51,403 bases of DNA from contig JACCRT010000046.1 in the NCBI GenBank assembly GCA_013813355.1, positions 1 to 51,403 on the forward strand, in the 5' to 3' direction. Position numbers and translations under genes: made by a program. The DNA comes from Acidobacteriota bacterium (GTDB taxonomy: Bacteria; Acidobacteriota; Vicinamibacteria; Vicinamibacterales; 2-12-FULL-66-21). Below are positions 19,835 to 31,344 of the stretch, piece by piece. A model generated the notes under the pieces. The model saw nothing but the letters and a program-made list of their open reading frames with translations. It did no database searches and was not told where the DNA came from. Every line of letters begins with the position of its first letter. Position 1 is the first letter of the stretch.

Positions 19835-19888
19835 GGCAGGCAACAACGGTTCGCGGAGCCGCCCCTGCATGTTATCCCGGGCGGCGCG

Positions 19889-21901
19889 TCATTGCGTCTC
19901 CGGCAGAATGGTACTGTCGTTCTTGAGCGCGCCTGGCGACGTGTTGAGGAACGTCGTGGGCGACAGGACGACCTGGTCGATCGAGAGCCCGTCCTCGCGC
20001 TGCTGGATGCGGATGCGCTGCGTCCCGGTCGAGGCGAAATAGACGACCGGCCCATACACGTTGGCGCCCCAGCCATTGTCCTGCCAGCCCCAGCCTGACA
20101 GCCCGCAGCCGCTGCAGTCCTCCAGGTTCACTTCCGTTGCCGACGTGGTGCCGATGCGCCAAAGGGCCGAACCGCTCGCGTTGACAGCCCCGGAGAACTG
20201 GACGAAGACCGAATCGTTGCCCCAGTGATTGCTCTCGGCGCGGCCGCGAATCCAGAGTTGATACGGCTTGCCTGCTACGGCATGGAACGTCATCTCGAAG
20301 TAGTTGGCCGGTGAGGCCGCTGCCGTGTTGATCTTCGGGTCGTTCTGGTTGGGATTGTGAATCCGTTTTCCGCCGGCGGCTGTGCTGTCGCCGACAATCG
20401 TCCATCGGCCCGCCCGGGTCGCCGCCTCGCCGGCATGGAGCACGACGTCGTCCGCATCGGTGCTGCCGGTTGGAGGGGGAGCAGAAGCGGTACCGCTGGT
20501 GGTGAACGTCCACACATCACTGCCGCGCACGACGGAGGCCATGGTCTTCGAGACCACCCTCCAGTAATACGTCGTGCCCTGCGCCAGCGTCGTCGGGACC
20601 TTGAAACTCTGCGTCTGTGTCGTGGTCTGACTGGGCCCGAGCTCGACGTTCTCGGCCAGCAGCGCGAGATTGCTGGGATCGGTCCCGAGATAGACGTCGT
20701 AGAGATGGGCCCACGGGCCCGCGTACCACCGCAGCGTCAGGCCCGAGGGGGACACCCCGCTTGCCAGGTGCGCTGGTGAGGGCTGGTTCGGTTTGTCGGG
20801 CGGCAGCGGGATGAAGGTCGTTGTCTCCGCCACGCCGGCCGAGTTGGTCCACTTGCGGGTGAACTGGTTGGTCAGCCACGAGTAGAAGTACGGCTTGGTG
20901 GTGAAGTAGTTGTGCTCTTCCTGCGAATTGTCCGACGGGCTCGTCCAGTTCGACGAGCCGATGATCGACAGCGCCTGGCTGTGGAGGATCGTGGACTTCT
21001 GGTGGTTCAGCCCATCGTGCTGGCGGTGACGAATCTGCACGCCCGCCGCATAAAGGCGATCCACGTTCCAGGAATGCCAGAGACGACTCGGATCCCGATA
21101 CTGTTTGGGCTCGGTGATGATGCGGACGGTGACGCCGCGCCCGCGCGCCGCGATGAGCGCGTCGGTATGACGCCGGTCGGTGATGCGGTAGATGATTGCG
21201 TCGATCCGCTGGGTCTCAGCGTTGTAGCGGGAAACGGCGCGGTTGGCAAAGGACTCGAGCGGAGGGAAGTTCAGCTCGGGATCTTTCGCGAAGATCGAGT
21301 GGGACCGCACGAGCGGTGTCGAGATGTTGGCGTAGTTGCCGTAAGTCGATGTGTTGATCCACAGGTCGTCGTACTTGGTCCGGAAGCTGTTCACCACCTT
21401 GGAGTCGTCGGTGAAGTAGATCACCTCGTCCGTGTAGTTCGTGTACGGCGAGCCGGACCACGTCCAGGCGTTCGCGCTGTAGTTTGCGCCGCTGAACTGG
21501 ACCGTGTTCTGGCCCGAGAAGAGCATCATCTTCCAGTGGAGGATGCCGTTGGCCGTCCGCCGCCGCATCGGGATCCCCGCATCCTGCAGCTCCTTGAGCC
21601 GGTCGGCGTTCCACTGGCTGGAGTCGTTGGCGCGCGTGTCTACCAGCACGCGCACTGGCACGCCGGCCTTGAAACGCGCGATCAGCTCCGTGGTGTAGCG
21701 GGCATCTTCCATGAACCAGAACGCCACGTCGATGCCGACGTTCTCGGCCCGGATGAGGTTGATGAGGACCGTCCGGCAGTTCTCGTTGGCCGGGTCGCAC
21801 AGCCGATCCTGGGCCTGCGCGGGCGCCGCCCACGCGCCGGCCAGAGCGGCACTGACTCCGAGAACGAATCCGAAGCGTACGCACACACGCGACATATCCA
21901 A
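19889..21901 (-). CDS. Secreted phospholipase D/nuclease-like protein with FN3-like and C-terminal beta-sandwich domains
   Basis: Signal peptide ending AQA; HWK..FSGANY and HQK..IIGSSNW motifs; TTYYWRV. Confidence 0.8.
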   Translation of the reverse strand: MDMSRVCVRFGFVLGVSAALAGAWAAPAQAQDRLCDPANENCRTVLINLIRAENVGIDVAFWFMEDARYTTELIARFKAGVPVRVLVDTRANDSSQWNADRLKELQDAGIPMRRRTANGILHWKMMLFSGQNTVQFSGANYSANAWTWSGSPYTNYTDEVIYFTDDSKVVNSFRTKYDDLWINTSTYGNYANISTPLVRSHSIFAKDPELNFPPLESFANRAVSRYNAETQRIDAIIYRITDRRHTDALIAARGRGVTVRIITEPKQYRDPSRLWHSWNVDRLYAAGVQIRHRQHDGLNHQKSTILHSQALSIIGSSNWTSPSDNSQEEHNYFTTKPYFYSWLTNQFTRKWTNSAGVAETTTFIPLPPDKPNQPSPAHLASGVSPSGLTLRWYAGPWAHLYDVYLGTDPSNLALLAENVELGPSQTTTQTQSFKVPTTLAQGTTYYWRVVSKTMASVVRGSDVWTFTTSGTASAPPPTGSTDADDVVLHAGEAATRAGRWTIVGDSTAAGGKRIHNPNQNDPKINTAAASPANYFEMTFHAVAGKPYQLWIRGRAESNHWGNDSVFVQFSGAVNASGSALWRIGTTSATEVNLEDCSGCGLSGWGWQDNGWGANVYGPVVYFASTGTQRIRIQQREDGLSIDQVVLSPTTFLNTSPGALKNDSTILPETQ

Positions 21902-22133
21902 ACCTCACCAGCAAGCAATCGCAGGGCAGCAGCAGCACCACTGCCAGCACGATGCCAGCCGCCGCAAGTCGCGTGAATCGTGAATTATCAGGCGAATCTG
22001 CCACTGAGTGGAAAGGCCGTGACGCGCGGGTTGCGGGCCTGTGGAGCCAGGCAGCAGAAATGGGTAAAGCCCTGCTGCTTCAGGCCCCGCGGTGCCGTTC
22101 TTCAGCTTCCCGTCGAGCTGTCCGAGCTTGACC

Positions 22134-22181
22134 TTGACATCGCACCGGTGGGATGTAACACTTCATCCGGATTTACGGATG
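22134..22181 (+). promoter_or_regulatory. Sigma70 -35 with two 18 bp CATC-N10-GATG operator-like palindromes
   Basis: TTGACA 22134-22139; CATCGCACCGGTGGGATG 22138-22155; CATCCGGATTTACGGATG 22164-22181 includes the start codon. Confidence 0.65.
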
Positions 22182-23132
22182 GAAACAAGAACCCTCGCGC
22201 CGGCGGCGATACTCGGCGACCTGACCGCGCTGGCCGACGCCACACGCAGTCGGATGCTCCTCCTGCTCGACCGCAATGAGTTGATGGTGTCGGAACTCTG
22301 CGCCATCCTCCAGTTGCCGCAGTCGACCGTCAGCCGTCACCTGAAGACACTGGCTGATGCCAGCTGGGTGACGTCGCGCCGGGACGGCACGAGCCGGTAC
22401 TATGCGCTGGCGCTCGAGGACCGCGAGCCGGCCACCCGCCGGCTGTGGGCGCTCCTCCGCGAGCAGGTCAGCTCGACGCCCGGCGCGGACCAGGACGCCA
22501 GGCGGCTCAAGGGCACTCTCGCCCGCCGCCAGTCGAAGTCAGAGGAGTTCTTCGAGTCAGCCGCGGGACAGTGGGACAAGCTCCGCGAGGACCTGTTTGG
22601 AGCCGCCTCGCACCTGCAGACCCTGCCGGCCCTGCTCGACGACGAGTGGGTTGTCGGCGACCTGGGATGCGGAACAGGGCAGGTCGCCGCGGCGCTCGCG
22701 CCGTTTGTCGGGCGGGTCATCGCCGTGGATCGCTCTGGCGAAATGCTTCAGGCGGCGCGCCGTCGGCTCCGCACGCTGCGCAACGTCGAGGTGAAACGAG
22801 GCGACTTGGAAGCGCTGCCCATCGTCGACGCCGAACTCGACGTGGCGTCGCTGCTCCTCGTGTTACATCACCTGCCGGACCCGGCCGCGGCGCTCGCCGA
22901 GGCCGCGCGCGTGCTCAAGCCGGGCGGCCGTCTGCTGATAGCCGACATGCTGCCGCACGACCACGAGGAGTACCGGCAGCAGATGGGGCACGTCTGGCTG
23001 GGGTTCTCCGCGGAACAGTTGACGCGGCTGCTCGAGTCCGCCGGCTTCACGCGCATTCGGGTCACGGGATTGCCGCCCGCCGCCGACGTCAAGGGACCGG
23101 CGCTGTTCGCGGCATCCGCAAGGAAACCATAG
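22179..23132 (+). CDS. sahR: ArsR-HTH + SAM methyltransferase-domain regulator (SahR-like)
   Basis: LADATRSR..PQSTVSRHLKTL; DLGCGTG; directly upstream of ahcY. Confidence 0.8.
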   Translation: METRTLAPAAILGDLTALADATRSRMLLLLDRNELMVSELCAILQLPQSTVSRHLKTLADASWVTSRRDGTSRYYALALEDREPATRRLWALLREQVSSTPGADQDARRLKGTLARRQSKSEEFFESAAGQWDKLREDLFGAASHLQTLPALLDDEWVVGDLGCGTGQVAAALAPFVGRVIAVDRSGEMLQAARRRLRTLRNVEVKRGDLEALPIVDAELDVASLLLVLHHLPDPAAALAEAARVLKPGGRLLIADMLPHDHEEYRQQMGHVWLGFSAEQLTRLLESAGFTRIRVTGLPPAADVKGPALFAASARKP

Positions 23133-23174
23133 GATCACGCCCAGCTCGGGCGCGAACGAAGGAAGGAAGGAACA

Positions 23175-24674
<1,500 letters not shown>

Positions 24675-24682
24675 TGCTTGTA

Positions 24683-24731
24683 GCAGGCAGTCGGCAGCAG
24701 GCAGTCGGCAGTCGGCAGCAGGCAGCAGGCA
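24683..24731 (+). repeat. Heptamer tandem repeat, 7 units (GCAGGCA/GTCGGCA)
   Basis: Read directly; lies between convergent ahcY and DUF2461 genes; degenerate GTAG-type units follow. Confidence 0.9.
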
Positions 24732-24775
24732 GTAGACGGCCGGGCCGTAGGCGGTAGGCAACAGGTGCCGGCTGG

Positions 24776-25462
24776 CTACGGCCGGTTCGTCTGGGCTACG
24801 AGGGGCTCGTTCAGGAACCGGACGAGCGGCATGATGGCCTTGTAGGTGGCGATGAGCGCCGGGTAGAATCCGGCGCTCGTTGCAAATTCGGGCGGGAACT
24901 CGCGTCCAGCGAGATACTGACGGAACTTCAGGTACTCGGCTGCCGGGTCATCCTTGCGGAATCCCCGCGGGATGCGGGACAGCTTTTCCCCAGCCAGCTG
25001 GCCGGCCACGGATCGGAACGGCTTCGCGCGGGCCACGCGGTCGATCTCCGGATACGTTGCGGAGATGTGCTCGCGGATGTGGACCAGTTGCGGCATTGCG
25101 GGCGCCCAGAACCCGCCACCCATCCAGACCCACTGCGGATGCACTTCCAGGTAGAGCCCCGCGCCTTCCCCCTTTGCGAAACCGCGCCAACGGAACGACG
25201 CCGACACGTGAATCTTCAGCGGACGCTTGTCGTCGCTGAACCGGGTGTCCCGGTAAATCCGGTACAGCGAAGTCCTGGGCGAGGCGACGATTTCCGGTGC
25301 GAAGGACGGAAGGTCTTCGGCGAGCCGCTCGATGACCCGAATCATCGGCGCGCGCACGTGCGTGTCGTAGCGGTCCCGTCGCGCCCTGAACCACTCGCGG
25401 TCGTTATTGCGTTTAAGGGCCCGCAGGAACGTCAGGGTGTGGGGAGTGAAGGAGGGCCGCAT
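24776..25462 (-). CDS. DUF2461 (TIGR02453) family protein
   Basis: NNDREWF, YRIYRDTRFSDDKRP. Confidence 0.88.
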   Translation of the reverse strand: MRPSFTPHTLTFLRALKRNNDREWFRARRDRYDTHVRAPMIRVIERLAEDLPSFAPEIVASPRTSLYRIYRDTRFSDDKRPLKIHVSASFRWRGFAKGEGAGLYLEVHPQWVWMGGGFWAPAMPQLVHIREHISATYPEIDRVARAKPFRSVAGQLAGEKLSRIPRGFRKDDPAAEYLKFRQYLAGREFPPEFATSAGFYPALIATYKAIMPLVRFLNEPLVAQTNRP

Positions 25463-25494
25463 GCGCTGGATGAAGTATCGTAGTTATAGGTTTC

Positions 25495-25518
25495 GTAGGC
25501 CCGACCTTCCGATCGGGC
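25495..25518 (+). repeat. GTAG-type REP-like palindrome
   Basis: GTAG-GCCCGA-ccttccga-TCGGGC; only one clear copy in the window. Confidence 0.4.
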
Positions 25519-25574
25519 GTGCCCGGACACGGTCGGGCGTGCGCCCGCCGGGTGTGGGATAATGACTGTCCAGT

Positions 25575-25651
<77 letters not shown>

Positions 25652-25659
25652 CTCATCAC

Positions 25660-25696
25660 GGGGTCCGGCGGACGAGAACCGTCGGGCCCCTTCTTT
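25660..25696 (+). terminator. Intrinsic terminator after tRNA-Pro
   Basis: GGGGTCCGGCGG-loop-CCGTCGGGCCCC then TTCTTT. Confidence 0.75.
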
Positions 25697-25896
25697 GTAA
25701 ACCGCCCGTCCCGGACGGGGCAGCCCGGCTCGCGGCGTTGCGCCTCCTTTCTATAGGCCCACTATGCGCGGTCGTTGCGCCTTGCGATCCGGGCGCCGCG
25801 CTCCGGGACTTATGCAACTCATCACGCTGCCAGGGGACTAGCCGACGCCTGACCCGATAGAACCCGACACGCGGCTCCGCCGGTTCCGTCTGGTGG

Positions 25897-27276
25897 TCAC
25901 CGCAGCCACCGCACTCGCAGCCCATGCGGATCGGGCGCCTGTCCGGCCTGCAGCCGCTCGTTGACCATCGGCACGATCGCGACGAGCGAACCGCTTCTGC
26001 CGTCTTCGGTGATCTGGATGATCCCCATACCGGGCGTGCTGCCGACGGCGTTGTGGGGATCGCCGCTGAGCGGCACCGGGCCGCGGAGCGCCACGAACAG
26101 GCGGTCGCCGCCCGGTGCCGTGTCGATCAGATCCGGCGCGGCGTTGTCGGTCAAGGGGCCATTCAGATTCACCGTGTTGACCCGCTGGCCTGACTGCAGG
26201 TCGAGTATCTCGGCCACGTCGTTGTGGCGGTCCATCACCCAGAGGTACCGCCCGTCGCCCGCCGCCGCGATGCCGTGGGAGTCGGCCGCGCCGTCCTTGC
26301 TGAAAAGGACCTCCGGTGCCGGGGCATTCGCCGCGTTCTCGGCCGAGTAGCCGGTGAGCGGGAACCGGTAGACGTCGAAGCCGTACAACGCATGGTGGTG
26401 AGGGTCGTTCCCCGAGACGTTCACCGGGGACCCGCCGGAGTTGATATACATGTGACCGCCGACCTCGGCGCCTCCGCAGCCGTTGCCGCGCACCGTCGCC
26501 TGGTCGTATTCGCCGACGATAGCCATCGGTGTCGCCTTGGCATCGAGCACGAAGAGGCCCCCGCCGCGTAGCGTCACGAACGCGTACCGGCTGGTGGAAT
26601 CAATGATGGGGCAGATCGGCCAGTTGACCGGGCGAAGCTCCTCGCTCTCGCACGGCCGGCCACTCGGCGTAGTGCAGTTCATCAGGTCGAGTGAGGCTTC
26701 ACGGTTGTGGACGAAGGTATTGGCGGCGTAATCCGTGTCGATCCGCTCGAGCCGCTTGCCGTTCTGGTTGGCCACGACGATGTAGGAGCCGTCGGGCGCG
26801 GCGAAGGCGGCGTGCGCCTGCCGAAAAGAACCCTGCTCCGTGACCCGCTCCGTCATCTCCATGCAGCTCAGTGGTGTGCGCCTGGCAGCGTCAAAGATGA
26901 CCACGTGTCCGCTGGCGACGAACGACAGGACGGCGTGCGTGTGTTCGTCGTTGAAAAGAACCATGTGCGGTCGGACGGGATGACGCCCGGTCTGCTCGAA
27001 GCAGAGGTCCGACGTTTCGGCTCCAAGGTCCACCCGCGCGACCGGCTCGGCCCTGGCTGCCGCGGGGCTCATCAGCCCCTGTCCCTCATAGACCAGGAGT
27101 TGCCCGCCGTACCCCTTGCGGGTGTCCGACTGGTCGGCGATCCAGACCTCGAACGCGGGGGGAGCTGCGGCCTGGACCGCTTCGGGTGATGCCGGCGCAT
27201 CAGACGATCTGCACCCTGTGAGGAGCGGCGCGACGGCTGCGAAACCGATTGAGAGGATGGCCAAGCGTGATCGCAT
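25897..27276 (-). CDS. Lipoprotein, YncE-like beta-propeller of unknown function
   Basis: LTGC lipobox; blades VRPHM, QAHAAF, VANQNGK, DSHGI, PDPHGL. Confidence 0.75.
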   Translation of the reverse strand: MRSRLAILSIGFAAVAPLLTGCRSSDAPASPEAVQAAAPPAFEVWIADQSDTRKGYGGQLLVYEGQGLMSPAAARAEPVARVDLGAETSDLCFEQTGRHPVRPHMVLFNDEHTHAVLSFVASGHVVIFDAARRTPLSCMEMTERVTEQGSFRQAHAAFAAPDGSYIVVANQNGKRLERIDTDYAANTFVHNREASLDLMNCTTPSGRPCESEELRPVNWPICPIIDSTSRYAFVTLRGGGLFVLDAKATPMAIVGEYDQATVRGNGCGGAEVGGHMYINSGGSPVNVSGNDPHHHALYGFDVYRFPLTGYSAENAANAPAPEVLFSKDGAADSHGIAAAGDGRYLWVMDRHNDVAEILDLQSGQRVNTVNLNGPLTDNAAPDLIDTAPGGDRLFVALRGPVPLSGDPHNAVGSTPGMGIIQITEDGRSGSLVAIVPMVNERLQAGQAPDPHGLRVRWLR

Positions 27277-27441
27277 TCAAGTCCTCCAAATTTGCCCGTG
27301 CTGTCACGGATCGGCCGGAGGATACCGTACCTTGGGCGACGCAGGACGCACCCCCGGCCGCAATGCAAATGCGCGCGAGGGGGCAGCTTCAGCGGCAGCT
27401 CCACTGCGCACGGCAGGCGTTCGTCGCGGGCTCTTCGCCAC

Positions 27442-28980
27442 GGATGCGCAAACGTCGCGAACCTGATGCTCGCACGCGCGACCGCGCGGGAACGCGAGCT
27501 TGGTATCCGCTCGGCGCTCGGCGCCGGCCGCGCGCGGCTAGCCCGGCAGCTCATGGTCGAAAGCCTCGTGCTGGCGAGTGCCGGCACCGTGCTCGGCGTG
27601 GTCCTCGCCTGGTGGGGTGTGCAGGTGCTGCGCACGTCTCTGCCGGAGGGCGTGCCGCGCGTGGCAGCCATCGCGCTCGATCTGCGCGTGCGGGGCGTCG
27701 CCGGGCTGATGGCGCTCGTCACCGGGCTGGCGTTCGGGCTCTTTCCGGCGTTGCAGGCCTCGCGGCCAGATCTGGTCCACGCTCTGAAGGACGGCGCGCG
27801 CGGCACAAGTTCGGGCCGTGGGCGCCAGCGGCTCCGCAGCACGCTCGTCGTCGTCGAGGTCGCGCTCGCCATGATCCTGCTCGTCGGCGCGGGGCTGTTC
27901 ATCTCCAGCTTCATGACGCTGATGCGCAACGAGCCCGGTTTCGATATGCGGAACCTCCTGACGTCCACCGTCCGGCTGCGCTTCGAGCCCGGCGCGCTCG
28001 AGCGCGGCGGGCCGATGCTCATCGAGGTGGTCGAGCGCCTGCAGCAGGCCTCGGGTGTGCTGGCGGCGGCCGCGATCTCCGGCGGACTCCCGTTGTCAGG
28101 CAGCATGAGCAGCACGACGTTCAGACTGCAGGGGCAGACCGCCGAGGAGGCAGAAAACGTCAGCATCCGCAGCGTGACGCCGGCCTATCACGACACCATG
28201 CGGATCCCGCTGAAGAGCGGGCGGCTGCTGGAGCCTGGCGATCGTCGGGACGGGCAGCAGGTGCTCGTGATCAACGAGGCCGCCGTGCGGCAGTTCTTCG
28301 AGGGCGAGAACCCCATCGGGCGGAGGGTCACCGTACAGGGCGAACGCGAGATCGTCGGCGTCGTAGGGGATGTGCGTCAGATGGGCCCAGAGGGACCGCC
28401 GGCCGCGGAAGCCTACATCCCGCTGGCACAGGCGCAGTCGATTGGCGGCGAGATCGTCGTCCGCACGGCTGGGAATCCCCTGGCGGTGCTGCCGGCCGTG
28501 AAGGCGGCCGTGTTCGCCGTAGCGCCGGACGTGCCGCTGCGCAACATCGCCACGATGGAGGAGCTGTACGCGCGCCGCGTCGCGCAGCGCAGGTTCAACA
28601 TGCTGCTGCTCGGCCTCTTCGGCGTGCTGGCGCTCGTCATCTGCGCGGTCGGCATCTACGGCGTCATGGCCTACATCGTGGCGCAGCGCACGCACGAGAT
28701 CGGTGTGCGCATGGCGCTCGGCGCCTCACGGGGGTCCGTGGTTTCGATGGTGCTGCGGAAGGCGACCGTGCTCGTCGTCGTGGGCCTGGTGATCGGCGGT
28801 GTGGCCGCCTGGTTCCTGAGCGCAACCGCAAAGGCGTTTCTTTTCAACGTGGAGCCGACCGACCCGCGCGTATTCGGCGTAGCGCTGTTCGTGTTGGCCG
28901 TCGCGGCCCTGCTCGCCAGCGCGGTGCCCGCGCGGCGGGCAGCGGGCGTGGACCCGATGATCGCCTTGCGCCAGGACTGA
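27442..28980 (+). pseudogene. N-terminally truncated ADOP (MacB/FtsX duplicated) ABC permease
   Basis: Resemblance starts at CANVANLMLARATARERE (first FtsX domain); second half intact to VDPMIALRQD; first periplasmic domain missing. Confidence 0.75.
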
Positions 28981-29038
28981 AAGCCACGCCCAGTGTGCGG
29001 GCCGGGGCCTTACCGGCGCGTGGGGCATAATTGGCCGC

Positions 29039-29461
29039 ATGTATCGGCAGGACTACATCCTTCGGCTCATCGAGCAGTTCGGCAAGGCGCTCATTGCGCT
29101 CCGTGACCGGATCCTGAGGCGTGAAACGGACCGGCAGAAGATGGGCGCCGAGATCGGCGAGATGGCCCGGCAGGCCGGCCTGGATCTCGGGGTGGCACGC
29201 AGCCTCGACCAGGCGTCGCTGATGATGTGGCTGGCGCCGGCAGGCCAGGTCGACCAGCCGCGGCTGTGGCTGATGGCGGAGCTGCTGTTCCTCGAAGGGC
29301 TCGCGGCCGTGGAGTCTGAGGACCTGGCTGCGGGCCGGGCAGACCTGGGACGCGCCCTCGCCATCCTGGAACGTCTCGAGCCGGACTGGCGGCCGGCCGA
29401 GGACCTCCCGAGTGCCGCGAACCTGGCGGACGAGATCCGCGAGCTGCTGCAACGCCCCTGA
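29039..29461 (+). CDS. Hypothetical helical protein (DUF6483-like)
   Basis: MYRQDYILRLIEQ start; coding-like codon usage. Confidence 0.65.
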   Translation: MYRQDYILRLIEQFGKALIALRDRILRRETDRQKMGAEIGEMARQAGLDLGVARSLDQASLMMWLAPAGQVDQPRLWLMAELLFLEGLAAVESEDLAAGRADLGRALAILERLEPDWRPAEDLPSAANLADEIRELLQRP

Positions 29462-29530
29462 TCGCTCCCCGCAGCACCGTGAAGCGGTCCCCCGTCGCAA
29501 GTATGACGTTGGTGTAAACTGTCGCTCGAA

Positions 29531-30634
29531 ATGGCGCCTGCGCTCCACGGGGGTCTGCGGTTGCTCGCCCTCGTGGTGGTGCTGCTGACGTTTTTCCTTG
29601 GCCTCGACCTGCTCGGCCTCGCCTTTGGCCTGTTCGGCAAGGGCTTCGCGTCCATGCTGGTGGAGCGGACCTCCAATCCTTTCGTCGGGCTCTTCGTCGG
29701 CATCCTCGGGACCACCCTCGTGCAGAGCTCGTCGACGACGACCTCGCTGACGGTGGCGCTGGTGGCAGCGGGCGCGCTGACCGTCGAGGGGGCGATCCCC
29801 GTCATCATGGGGGCGAACATCGGCACATCGGTCACCAACAGCCTGGTGTCGCTCGGCCACGTCACGCGCCGCGGCGAGTTCGAGCGGGCCTTTGCCGGCG
29901 CCACGATTCACGATCTCTTCAACGCCATGTCGGTGGCCATCCTGCTGCCGCTGGAACTGATGACGGGGTTCCTGTCCAAGGCGTCCGTCTACCTGGCCGG
30001 CGGTATCGCCGACGTCGGCGGGTTGAACCTGCTCGACCCGGTCAAGGCACTGGTACGGCCGATCGCGCTGTGGATCGTGGAGATCCTGGGCCGCTCGCCG
30101 GTGCTCACGCTCATCGTGGCGCTCGTCCTGCTGTTCGCCGCGCTGAAGCTCCTGGTGGACTTGTTGAAGGCGCTGATGTCGGGGCGTGCCGAGCGCATCC
30201 TGCACCAGACCATGTTCCGCTCGCCGATCGCCGCGATCACGGCCGGCCTGCTGATGACCGTGATGGTCCAGAGCAGCTCGATCACGACCTCGGTGATGAT
30301 TCCACTCGTCGCCGCCGGGATCGTCACGCTCGAGCAGGTGTTCCCGTTCACGATCGGCGCGAACCTTGGCACCACCATCACCGCGCTGGTCGCTGCCCTG
30401 AGTACGGGCAACATCTCGGCCGTGACGGTCGCCTGTTCGCACATGCTGTTCAATATCTGCGGCACGCTGATCGTCTTCGTGCCGCCGCCCATCCGAGCCA
30501 TCCCGCTTGCCTGCGCCCGAGCGCTGGGGCGCTTGACGGTCCGCAACCGGTTGTATGCCGTCGCCTATGTCGTGCTGGTGTTCTTCGTGCTGCCGTTCGT
30601 ACTGATTTTCGTGAGCGGCGCGTTTTCGGACTGA
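29531..30634 (+). CDS. Na+/phosphate symporter (NptA/SLC34 family)
   Basis: Duplicated QSSS..TS and GANIGT/GANLGT signatures. Confidence 0.92.
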   Translation: MAPALHGGLRLLALVVVLLTFFLGLDLLGLAFGLFGKGFASMLVERTSNPFVGLFVGILGTTLVQSSSTTTSLTVALVAAGALTVEGAIPVIMGANIGTSVTNSLVSLGHVTRRGEFERAFAGATIHDLFNAMSVAILLPLELMTGFLSKASVYLAGGIADVGGLNLLDPVKALVRPIALWIVEILGRSPVLTLIVALVLLFAALKLLVDLLKALMSGRAERILHQTMFRSPIAAITAGLLMTVMVQSSSITTSVMIPLVAAGIVTLEQVFPFTIGANLGTTITALVAALSTGNISAVTVACSHMLFNICGTLIVFVPPPIRAIPLACARALGRLTVRNRLYAVAYVVLVFFVLPFVLIFVSGAFSD

Positions 30635-30684
30635 GTCAGGTTCCTATTGGGCGGCCCGCCGGAATGCGGGGGCAGGAGTCGGAA

Positions 30685-31344
30685 ATGGATTTCTTCAAGC
30701 AGTTGTTCAGCCCGGGCTCGGGATCGACGCTCGTTGATGCGGCGTTCGCCGAGGTGTCGGGCATGCTGAGTCAGTCGGCGCTAATGCTCGACCATTCGCT
30801 TGAAGTGCTGCTCGAGAACCAGCCCGTGTCAATGGACCTCGAGGAACTGGATGACATGGTGGACGAGGCGGAGCGGCGGGTCCGCCGGACAATCCTGCAG
30901 CACCTGGCGGTGAATCCGAAGCAGGACCTCGTTGCCAGCCTCGTCCTGGTCAGCATGGTGCAGGACGCCGAGCGCATCGGCGACTTCGCACGCGGGCTGG
31001 TCGAGCTGATGAAGATGGCCCGGAGCCCCCGGACCGGGCCCTTCGCCGACGACCTGCGGCGCGAGGCGGCCAAGCTCAGGCCGCTTTTCGAGATCACCGA
31101 GCGCGCGTTCCGGAAGGCTGACAAGGCGCAGGCGCGCAAGGTGATCCGGGCGCACAAGGAACTGCGGGCCGAGCTCAAGGCGTATCGAACCCGCGTCGCC
31201 GAAAGCGACCTCACGGCCGACATGGCTATCGTCTACTCGGGAGCGGCCCAGATTCTTCGTCGGGTGGGCGCGCATTTGAGCAACATCTGCTCGACGGTCG
31301 TGCAGCCGTACGACCGGATTCGGCATGGGGATGAAGACCTTTAA
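30685..31344 (+). CDS. PhoU-domain protein
   Basis: DDMVDEAERRVRR, DAERIGDF; AGGAG RBS; follows the symporter. Confidence 0.8.
   Translation: MDFFKQLFSPGSGSTLVDAAFAEVSGMLSQSALMLDHSLEVLLENQPVSMDLEELDDMVDEAERRVRRTILQHLAVNPKQDLVASLVLVSMVQDAERIGDFARGLVELMKMARSPRTGPFADDLRREAAKLRPLFEITERAFRKADKAQARKVIRAHKELRAELKAYRTRVAESDLTADMAIVYSGAAQILRRVGAHLSNICSTVVQPYDRIRHGDEDL

Noticed and set aside
24683-24731. CRISPR array
   Set aside because: 7 bp units without spacers; no cas genes in the window
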